Below, piece by piece: positions 28,324 through 35,278 of a DNA stretch of 41,781 nucleotides. A program made the position numbers and the translations under genes. The stretch comes from a virus. The stretch lies in IMG/VR virus record IMGVR_UViG_3300045988_112575, positions 1-41,781 of that record; one strand, 5' to 3'. The first letter of the stretch is position 1; each line of letters begins with the position of its first letter. A model generated the notes under the pieces. The model did not search any database and was not told where the DNA came from. It saw only the letters and a program-made list of their open reading frames with translations.

Positions 28324-30083
28324 ACCATCCCCTCTGTCGTCCCGGTTGCGTTCACCTTGCGCTGTAAGGCAGAGTATCCGCCGCCGGTGGGAATGTCAGG
28401 CTTCTCTTCTGGAGCCGCTACGGGCGCATTTCCTGGGTCTTGCACACCCTGCATAGCCTGCTGTGCCTGCAACTGTGCCGCCTCCTGCTGCTTCATCTCC
28501 TGCACCAGCTCACGTCTGGCAGGAATGTAGCCGTCCGGGATTCGTTCCAGATACTGCGTGGTGCTGATTCGTCCCATCTTGAGCAGATTGTCCAGCGTCT
28601 GGATGGAAGCGATCTCCGAGTAGTAGGAGCTTGCACCAACGTCAAGCCGCATTGCCATCGGAATCTTTTTCAGCACGGAAAAGTCAAACGGCAATGGCAC
28701 TTCGGGAGGCGGCTGCTGTCCAACGAACTGAAACGCCTGCTCCACCTGCTGTGGGGTATCCACGTCTACAAAACGCTTTCCGTAGTAGGCACCCATGAAG
28801 TCGATATAGATGCGGTACAAGTCCTCAATGCTCTTGTAAAGGTTCTGCTTCGTCAGCTCAGAGGGCGTGGAAGCCGCTCTCTGCAAGGCGATGATTGCCG
28901 ACGTATTGTCCGGTCTGGTATCACCCAGCGCCACGGACGTCGCACCCAAACTTTCCTCTGTCTGATTTACTGCCAGTTCGATGAATTGGGAAATCTGGGG
29001 GGAAATGGTCGCCGGGTCGATGATTCGTGCCACGTTGTTCACGTCGCCGCCGTTGATGCCAATGGCCGCCCCAATGCGGTTGTCCCACTTGGAGACCCGC
29101 GTCTTGTCGTAGACGATCTTCGGGAACGCTGTTGTCATCAGGGACAGCATGGACATGGCGTAGGTCTTGTTGATAAAAATCTGGTTGGGAATCAGACCGG
29201 TAATCATGGCTTGCCCGTGATAGCAGTCCTGCACATAGTCCCAGTTCAGCCAGGTAATGGGATATCGGGACAGCTTCAAATCCCACGCTTCCCGCACCAG
29301 AGAAGTCCTGGTACTCTCACAGCCCCAGATGTGGCCTGTCTCTTCATCTCGCCACAGCAGCAGAAGAACCGTCACTTTGTCGTCAGTTTGTTTTACGTCG
29401 TCCAGGTAGGTGTCAGAGCTGTCCGGCTGAATCAAGTCCCACGTCTCAATGCCGTTGGCTTTAGCCTTGCGCTTTGTGTGGCCCACGATCTCACGTTTGG
29501 AAATCAGGATATAGGGCTGATTCTGAACGAGACGGTCATTGGGGTTCCCAAAGAAAACCTGCGTGTTTTCCAGAATCTCCGTGACGATCTTCCCCTTGGC
29601 CTGCTGGCCTGTCTCTGCGTCCGGGTCCCAATAGGTGTAAGTACACCCATCCCCATCCACAGCGGCGTTTCTCGCGTACTCTCGCATGAGGGAAGAGATA
29701 TTCAAATGCTCGGTCAGACTGTCCAGTTCCTCATTGACAATGCGGACCGGCGTGGCAAGCTCTTCCGTGGCAGGGGTGGCCGCCAGCGGGGTCGCATTGA
29801 CCTTGATGTTGTCCGACGTGATAGAAGCCACAGTGAACAGCGCTACTCGCTTGAGGATGTTGAACACAGGGGTAGGCAAGCCGTTCGAGATAACACCTTC
29901 CCACTGCTTGCCGATGAAGAAGTTCTCGTTCACGCGGACGGTCTCATTGAGGTTGATGTTGCTGTTGAAGAGCATCCCGCGCTCATACATCTTCCACACG
30001 GCGTCCGGGGTCAGGGTGATTCCTTTTGCGCCGAATAGGTCAAGCCCCGCTGTGTTCGGGGTCTCAGTCTTCGCTTTCTTCAA
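28320..30083 (-). CDS. portal protein
   Basis: 587 aa downstream of terL; size, position and NENFFIGKQW region; TTG start with GGTGA RBS. Confidence 0.8.
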   Translation of the reverse strand: MKKAKTETPNTAGLDLFGAKGITLTPDAVWKMYERGMLFNSNINLNETVRVNENFFIGKQWEGVISNGLPTPVFNILKRVALFTVASITSDNIKVNATPLAATPATEELATPVRIVNEELDSLTEHLNISSLMREYARNAAVDGDGCTYTYWDPDAETGQQAKGKIVTEILENTQVFFGNPNDRLVQNQPYILISKREIVGHTKRKAKANGIETWDLIQPDSSDTYLDDVKQTDDKVTVLLLLWRDEETGHIWGCESTRTSLVREAWDLKLSRYPITWLNWDYVQDCYHGQAMITGLIPNQIFINKTYAMSMLSLMTTAFPKIVYDKTRVSKWDNRIGAAIGINGGDVNNVARIIDPATISPQISQFIELAVNQTEESLGATSVALGDTRPDNTSAIIALQRAASTPSELTKQNLYKSIEDLYRIYIDFMGAYYGKRFVDVDTPQQVEQAFQFVGQQPPPEVPLPFDFSVLKKIPMAMRLDVGASSYYSEIASIQTLDNLLKMGRISTTQYLERIPDGYIPARRELVQEMKQQEAAQLQAQQAMQGVQDPGNAPVAAPEEKPDIPTGGGYSALQRKVNATGTTEGMV

Positions 30084-30465
30084 GGTTCTTCACCGCCTCC
30101 CGTGCTACGCTCGCGTCGTAAGACATAATGTTGTTGATGCCGCTGAGCATCCGCTCTTCTCGCTGGTCCAGCGCCTTGCGGTCTTCCATGTACTCTTCCA
30201 GCTTTTCCAGATCGAGAACGAGCTTGTTCACAAGTTCAACATTTCCGTCAACATCCGCCGTAAGAGAACGAAGCCGCCGGAAAAGCTCGTCAATTTTCTT
30301 GTCCGCTTTGGACTTAGAAAGCAACAAAACAGCCACTTTGTCGGTTAACTTACCGATCATCAGTTCCAGCTGTCTGATTTTCAGCTCAAGCAACTTCTTC
30401 AAATTCAGAGCGGTTGCCATGAAAGCAAAGAACACGACCAGTAAGCAGACATAATACAGCTCCAT
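30064..30465 (-). CDS. membrane-anchored coiled-coil protein between terL and portal
   Basis: N-terminal TM (YYVCLLVVFFAFMATAL) plus heptad-rich remainder; AAGGAGG RBS. Confidence 0.55.
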   Translation of the reverse strand: MELYYVCLLVVFFAFMATALNLKKLLELKIRQLELMIGKLTDKVAVLLLSKSKADKKIDELFRRLRSLTADVDGNVELVNKLVLDLEKLEEYMEDRKALDQREERMLSGINNIMSYDASVAREAVKNLEESED

Positions 30466-30475
30466 TGTTTCCTCC

Positions 30476-31725
30476 TTATCCAGCGCCGAGATACCCGGCA
30501 GTCACTTCCCCGCCGGTCATGTATCCTGCGTAGTCTTCCGGCGCATCGTCCTCTTCGTCGTCCCAGAAGACAGGCTCCTTCTCTTGAATGGCTTCTGCCG
30601 GTAACACACGACTTACGCAGTAGTAGCGCACACCGTCGACCGTGTGGGTCACCTCGTGCGGGTCTTTGGCGCAGTCGTTCGGGTTCTTCTCGTCCGCCTG
30701 AATGTCCTGAATATCCCCGATAGCACCCTTGCAGGTGTTGAAGAACAGCAGGCCAGGCAGCTTATCAGGAACCGTGCCGTCATCCCGGCGGAACATAGCC
30801 TGCACATGTGGGTCACGCAAAGGATAGGGAGCCATAGCTTCCTTCATCATCATGTGGCCCTGAACGCGGTTGTTATCCGCTTTGATAAGACCAACCTGGT
30901 TCAGCATGAACACCTCCGCCATGGTCTTGCCGGTGTCCTTCTGCCTGCTCCACATATCCGGTGGCGCATAGGTGGCCGCGATATGCTCACCCGGAAGGGT
31001 CAGTTCATGTATTTTGTCTGCTGCTTCCTTGACGATCAGGCCCTTGTGAGTGAACTCCCGGTAGCACCAGGAACGTCCATCCTCATCCACCGCCCACCAG
31101 TAACACGCGAACATGTCAAGGCCGTAGTCGAAGCTCCGGTATCTCTGCCAATGGTCAGGAATCTTGAAGGGCTTTACCACATGGGTAGCTGCCGAAAACT
31201 CCGGGAAGTAGTTGCCGCCAATTGCGTTCCAATCGCCATAGCGGTAAGCCTTTCGCTTGTCTTCCGGCATATTTGCCAGCATCCGAACATAGCCGGGAGA
31301 AGAAGCCATCAGGTGATAGTTGTCTTCCACCGTGGCAGGAATGAAGCTGTAATCATCCGGGTTCTCATTCTCTTCCGGGTTGTCCGAGTTGAGCTTGAAG
31401 TCCCGGTCAACGAAGAGCCGCTTCACCCATCTGTGTCCAACACCACCAGGGTTACAAGTTAGGTACATCCGCTTCGGGAACTCATTGACACCACGAAGAC
31501 AGCCGCCCAGGAAGTTGAACGCTCTCTCAGAAAACTGCGTTGCCTCGTCAATGAAAATCCAGTCGTATTCCAGACCGTTGTATTCGTCCTCAGAAGCATC
31601 TCCGGCCCAGTGGCCGAACTTGATGGTCGAGCCGTTGTGGAAGGTCATAAGGTGCGTTGTGGCGTTGTAAGAAGCTGCTTCACGCGGCACCATCTTCACG
31701 ATAGGTCTGATATGGTTTTCTTCTA
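30476..31725 (-). CDS. terL: terminase large subunit, exon 2 (Walker B and nuclease domain)
   Basis: DWIFIDEATQF Walker B, TCNPGG; frame open upstream of listed GTG to ..EENHIRPIV; joins exon 1 in frame (229+1250=1479 nt). Confidence 0.85.
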
Positions 31726-32528
31726 CAATTTTGTTATCGCAAAGGCTTTTTATCCTCTGCTTCTAGCCCTTTCGGGTAGTTCGGCATATCTCTCTCCCCC
31801 TCTGGGGACCCGCTCTCGTGGGTGTGTCACCTGTTCTAGGTCCTCACCTATGCTCTGCGGCTGGACGGCATCCCTGCCGGCCTTCACCTCTGATTAGCCT
31901 GTCTGTAAATCGTTTGCGTAGATTGGCGTCGCAGCTAATCCACTGGCAATTCTCCGGGCAGTAATCACCATCCGGGTCGATGCGGTCAATGGAAAGAATC
32001 TCCTTGTGTGGAGTGTCCTTCGGCTGCTCGTAGTACCCATGTTCATAAGCCCAGGCCCGGAACGCAGCGTAATCGTCTTTCCACTCGTCACAGACCTTGA
32101 TTCCCTTCATGGAGTAGTTCTTTCTGTGCTGCGCCTTGTTGTAGTAACAGCGTTGCTTCATGGCGTACCAAATCGTATAGAGCCGTTCCTTCTTGGAGTA
32201 GCCGTGCTTCGTGTTTCGTTCCCTGGTACACTCAGCTTTCAAGCACCCGCAAGAACGTGTCTTCCCTTTCACAAGGTCAGTACCGACTACCAGCGTCGTC
32301 ATGCCGCAATCGCAGGAACACAGCCACTTACCAACAGCCTTTCTCTTCCCGTTGGGAAGGACCTTGTGCTGCAACTGATACTCAATGACGGTCAAGCGCC
32401 CAAAACGCTGGCCTGTCAGCTCGTGTCTACGCATATATGAACCCCCTCTGGCGTTATTTACAGATTTAGCTTCCCAGCTTTTTAGCAGGTTTCTAACGTG
32501 TATTCCTACACGCCGGAGCAAGAAGTTT
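31726..32528 (-). mobile_element. Group I intron (803 nt) carrying an HNH homing endonuclease ORF, inserted in terL
   Basis: P1 exon CCUGAGU with intron GCUCCGG (U-G at the splice site); P10 CUUCU with exon-2 AGAAG; terminal G before UAGAAG; GNRA hairpins in the 3' part. Confidence 0.75.
31844..32434 (-). CDS. HNH-type homing endonuclease (zinc-ribbon N-part, IDRID...N..W motif)
   Basis: LTGQRFGRLTV, WLCSCDCG...SCGC, YTIWYAMKQRC, LSIDRIDPDGDYCPENCQWIS; ATG 32434 after AGAGGGGG RBS. Confidence 0.8.
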   Translation of the reverse strand: MRRHELTGQRFGRLTVIEYQLQHKVLPNGKRKAVGKWLCSCDCGMTTLVVGTDLVKGKTRSCGCLKAECTRERNTKHGYSKKERLYTIWYAMKQRCYYNKAQHRKNYSMKGIKVCDEWKDDYAAFRAWAYEHGYYEQPKDTPHKEILSIDRIDPDGDYCPENCQWISCDANLRKRFTDRLIRGEGRQGCRPAAEHR

Positions 32529-32757
32529 ACTCAGGATAAGTGCGACGCATAATCAGAATCCTGATTCCCGGATTCGTAAAAGCGCCTCCGACAGCTTTGA
32601 TTCTGACGCTGTGTGTTTTGCCACCGCCCTTAGCACCGCCGTAAGCTGTATAGGTTGTTCTCGATAGGTAAAACAACCTCTGCTTTGCATTTGCTTCCCC
32701 AGGGTCCCAGACGATTTCCTTCTTCCCCTGCCCCCGGTACATTCTTCTCTTTGCCAC
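32529..32757 (-). CDS. terL: terminase large subunit, exon 1 (Walker A)
   Basis: YGGAKGGGKTH Walker A, ...LIMRRTYPE then in-frame stop that is the first intron codon. Confidence 0.85.
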
Positions 32758-32780
32758 GAACTCACCCCATTTCAGGCAAC

Positions 32781-32827
32781 AAAAAAAGGGCCAGCCACCT
32801 AGAAATTTCTTTCTAGGTAACTGACCC
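32781..32827 (-). terminator. Very strong unidirectional intrinsic terminator about 25 nt upstream of the terL start
   Basis: Minus strand 18-bp stem GGGUCAGUUACCUAGAAA-GAAA-UUUCUAGGUGGCUGGCCC followed by U7; three G-U pairs make it minus-strand specific. Confidence 0.85.
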
Positions 32828-32866
32828 CATTCGGCCCATCCTACCCACCACTTAGAGTAGGGTTAT

Positions 32867-33019
32867 TCACTTCTCTGTGGTGCAAACAACCTTTCTGTGT
32901 GTCTGCACCACCTTGACACTGTTGTTCTTTCCCGGAATGACCTCTACCCGGTCTCCCCTGGAAAGTGCTGCCTCAATGGCAGCGATCACCTTTGCATTAA
33001 GAGAAACCAAGTAGAGCAT
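32867..33019 (-). CDS. possible 50-aa ORF between tRNA-Ser and the terminator
   Basis: MLYLVSLNAKVIAAIEAALSRGDRVEVIPGKNNSVKVVQTHRKVVCTTEK; RBS spacing is poor. Confidence 0.25.
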   Translation of the reverse strand: MLYLVSLNAKVIAAIEAALSRGDRVEVIPGKNNSVKVVQTHRKVVCTTEK

Positions 33020-33035
33020 CCCCTTTCTTATTCGG

Positions 33036-33125
33036 CGCGAGGAGGAGGATTTGAACCCCCGCAGGCTATATAGCCCCTAGCGCATTTCAAGTGCACCCTC
33101 TTCAACCAGCCTTGAGTATCCCCGC
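33036..33125 (-). tRNA. tRNA-Ser (anticodon UGA), class II with long variable arm
   Basis: GCGGGGA acceptor, TGGTTGAA D-loop, anticodon loop CTTGAAA, variable arm GGCT-ATAT-AGCC, T-arm GGGGGTTCAAATCCTCC, discriminator G; CCA not encoded. Confidence 0.85.
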
Positions 33126-33477
33126 ATATAAATGCCCTACCAGAATTGCACTGGCGCTCTTGTCCCAAAGAAAGCTGCTATTTACGGGCCGCAGCTTATC
33201 ACATAGGAGGGCGGTAGAAACCAATGAAAAGACCGCACCGAAAGGAGCCAAACTCTAGGTCATGCCCTAAAGCCCAGCACATGGCCCGTCTTTCCGGGCT
33301 GTCAGCCTGCTTCTGGTCGTGGCATGATTTTGTACCTGCTATCCAAGAGTGTGCCCAAACCGAATAGCAAACCACGCTCGCATATCGCAGACAGCTGAAA
33401 AACAGAGATAAGAATGGAAGCGAATTTCACTTCCTTTCTGTTCTGTATTTTCGCCCTCCCTGGTGAAGAAGGGCTGC

Positions 33478-33547
33478 TGGTACCCAGTAGAGGAATTGAA
33501 CCTCTAAACACAACATGCCATATCGTGTCCGTAACCTTACACTAGGT
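33478..33547 (-). tRNA. tRNA-like element with canonical acceptor/T-arm and encoded CCA but no proper D-arm (anticodon GGC if read canonically)
   Basis: ACCTAGT/ACTGGGT acceptor, AGAGGTTCAATTCCTCT T-arm, ACCA end; middle folds as one 10-bp hairpin. Confidence 0.4.
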
Positions 33548-33780
33548 ATAGTTGTTTATAATCTGTATATGTGTCGAGTTCCCTGTTCTATATTTCAGAG
33601 TGGCTTTTCTGAAATGGTGTCCCCCGTTTTTCTGGGGTATGGTTTTCGTGAGAGGTATGTTTGGAGGGTTGCTCTCAAGAGTGTGTGTAGTCTATACAGG
33701 GGCCGGCCGCCAGAGGAGCCGCCCTTTTTCTGCCACACCCTCACTGTTTGGTAGGGGGGTGGTAGGGGTCCCCCCTATAT

Positions 33781-33900
33781 AGTAGGCACGCACACCCCCG
33801 CGCGGGCGCGGGGCCACGCGCCCCCCGGCCCCCACCCCCCAGGCCCAGGCCCGCGCCCGTGCTGGTGGTGGTGTGCCTGCTGTGCTGGTGTGTGATAGCC
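33781..33900. other. Extremely GC-rich, strand-asymmetric block (C-rich on plus, G-runs on minus)
   Basis: cccccgcgcgggcgcggggccacgcgccccccggcccccaccccccaggcccaggcccgcgcccg; minus strand GGGCCTGGGCCTGGGGGGTGGGGGCCGGGGGG. Confidence 0.9.
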
Positions 33901-33923
33901 TGTCAAATTCCTGTCAAATCAGG
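33898..33923 (+). repeat. Iteron pair GCCTGTCAAATTCCTGTCAAATCAGG (CTGTCAAA twice, 11-bp period), copy A
   Basis: Near-identical to reverse complement of 37546-37570. Confidence 0.85.
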
Positions 33924-34007
33924 AGAAAACCCTTATATATCAATGTGTTAGCTATGCCATAATAGCAGAGAAGCACAGATACATACATATATAATGTACC
34001 TGTGCTA

Positions 34008-34406
34008 TCACTTGAACGCATCCGCGCCACCCACACCCTGAATCTTCAGAGTAATGGTTGCGCCCTGATCTCCTGTATTAATTGGGCTATCGGTATAGCC
34101 GCCGTTTTTGCTTTGTTTGAGTTGGAATATAGCAGCCGTGCCGGCTTTGGGATCGTGTTCCAACATAGTAAGAAGCCGGTGCTCCCGGAATTGCTGCAGC
34201 CTTTTTAGTGGTGCATCGTATCCGTGATATGTGTCCCCCTTCTCCCCACCCCGTCCATACCTTTCCAGCGTTGCGGGGCTTACCTGAAGGAATTTACACA
34301 ACTCAAAATCAGTGGGGATAAGCTCTTCTTTTTGGCACTTTTCAATAAATTGTGTAATGAAAAGGTCCAATTTTTGTGGAGAATCAATCTTTTTCTTGTT
34401 TGCCAT
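34008..34406 (-). CDS. terS: terminase small subunit
   Basis: HTH CKFLQVSPATLERY, AAIFQLKQSKNGGYTD motif; ATG 34406 (MANKKK) after AAGGAG. Confidence 0.8.
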   Translation of the reverse strand: MANKKKIDSPQKLDLFITQFIEKCQKEELIPTDFELCKFLQVSPATLERYGRGGEKGDTYHGYDAPLKRLQQFREHRLLTMLEHDPKAGTAAIFQLKQSKNGGYTDSPINTGDQGATITLKIQGVGGADAFK

Positions 34407-34480
34407 TGATTTCATCTCCTTGCTTAAAATGTTTTATATATTTGAAAGTATACAAATCTTAATCCTGCTTTGGTAAGTCA

Positions 34481-34509
34481 AGTATACCACATGTAATCAA
34501 AATAATCAA
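34481..34509 (-). promoter_or_regulatory. Late/packaging promoter (TTGATT-N17-TATACT)
   Basis: Minus strand TTGATTATTTTGATTACATGTGGTATACT about 70 nt upstream of terS. Confidence 0.65.
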
Positions 34510-34548
34510 GAGGAATACGAAAGGTATTATTAGAGAATTTAATGGAAA

Positions 34549-34596
34549 GGGCCTGTTACCATCAGGGAATTTGATGGATTGAAACAGGCCCTTTTC
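34549..34596. terminator. Bidirectional terminator hairpin enclosing the second repeat-like element
   Basis: GGGCCTGTT...AACAGGCCC outer stem, CCATCA/TGATGG inner stem, T-runs on both sides. Confidence 0.75.
34555..34585 (+). CRISPR. Degenerate type I-C-like solitary repeat (GTTACCATCAGGGAATTTGATGGATTGAAAC)
   Basis: GT start, 6-bp hairpin, then TGGATTGAAAC, the 11-nt I-C 5'-handle sequence. Confidence 0.45.
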
Positions 34597-34613
34597 TATA
34601 CTCTTATATATAC

Positions 34614-34838
34614 TTATATGCTCTCTGTGCCCTCTGGTGTGGGCTGTGCGGCGTCCTGGTGCTGTGCCATAAAATCATCTACTGCTGCCCGGAAAACCGC
34701 GTTGGGCGTGGTTCCTGCGGCTTTGCAGGCCGCCTTGAATTCGTCCGCTGCATCCCGCCGCATTTTACAGCCTAATACCGTGGTGGCCTTGGCTATGTAT
34801 TTGTTGTTTGCCCGTCGCTTTGCGTCCGTAAGCGTCAT
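34614..34838 (-). CDS. ribbon-helix-helix (Arc/CopG-like) DNA-binding protein; likely regulator of the divergent accessory operon
   Basis: KRRANNKYIAKATTVLGCKMRRDAADEFKAACKAAGTTPNAVFRAAVDDF pattern. Confidence 0.65.
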   Translation of the reverse strand: MTLTDAKRRANNKYIAKATTVLGCKMRRDAADEFKAACKAAGTTPNAVFRAAVDDFMAQHQDAAQPTPEGTESI

Positions 34839-34883
34839 TGGTTCACCCCCTAGATTCAGTATTTATATTGTACCATACCCCGT

Positions 34884-34967
34884 CAAGGTTTAACCATGTA
34901 CAAATTGCCTAAATACATGGTTTAACCTTTGTCTATTCCGTCTATTGCAATCCATGGTTAAACCATG
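34884..34967. promoter_or_regulatory. Three operator-like palindromes CATGGTT-N-AACCATG
   Basis: 34884-34898 CAAGGTTTAACCATG, 34916-34930 CATGGTTTAACCTTT, 34953-34967 CATGGTTAAACCATG. Confidence 0.65.
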
Positions 34968-34973
34968 TATTAT
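34945..34973 (+). promoter_or_regulatory. Promoter of the ArdA/accessory operon (TTGCAA-N17-TATTAT)
   Basis: The 17-nt spacer is exactly operator copy 3. Confidence 0.6.
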
Positions 34974-35033
34974 AAAGCCATCAAAGGGAAACACCCCAAC
35001 GGACAGCCCGACAGGGCGGAAAGGACAAACACC

Positions 35034-35204
35034 ATGAAAAAGATCATCGCTTGCATCTGCATCGCACTCGCGGCCTTCGCCGCCGGACACCTCGCCACGA
35101 TCTACACGCTGGAGATCGAGACAGACGGCGACGGAGACAGCGCCATTGTTACCAGCTTCGGCCAGGAGCACTTCTACGGCATCAACGGCTACGAGATCGG
35201 CTAA
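35034..35204 (+). CDS. small membrane-anchored/secreted protein (56 aa)
   Basis: MKKIIACICIALAAFAAG signal/TM; ATG 35034 after GGAAAGGA. Confidence 0.5.
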   Translation: MKKIIACICIALAAFAAGHLATIYTLEIETDGDGDSAIVTSFGQEHFYGINGYEIG

Positions 35205-35278
35205 CTCTCTTCCGGGCCTGGGCGGTGTCCCACAAAACGCCGCACCCCATAAATCTAAAAACACAGGAGGAAATAATC

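Larger units (their letters stand above)
33126..34007 (-). ncRNA. ORF-poor, hairpin-dense gap between terS and tRNA-Ser; candidate large structured RNA(s)
   Basis: No credible ORF on either strand; many stems incl. AAGCTGC/GCAGCTT, GCCCG-GAAAGA-CGGGC, TAGGGGGG/CCCCCCTA; embedded tRNA-like element. Confidence 0.3.

Noticed and set aside
28440-31462. Plus-strand ORFs 28440-30038 and 30644-31462 opposite portal and terL
   Set aside because: These are antisense shadows. Portal and terminase motifs are unambiguous on the minus strand.
31726-32528. Intein, or two naturally separate terminase polypeptides, as the explanation for the split terL
   Set aside because: The insert has in-frame stops and its own separately translated ORF with an RBS, so it is not an intein. 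Readable P1 and P10 pairings, the U-G and terminal-G splice signals, and exact frame restoration favour a group I intron.
33302-33782. ORFs 33302-33511 (-), 33515-33754 (+) and 33552-33782 (+) in the terS-terL gap
   Set aside because: None has an RBS. One overlaps the tRNA-like element and the others run into the GC-extreme block. Their composition is not protein-like, so the region is treated as non-coding.
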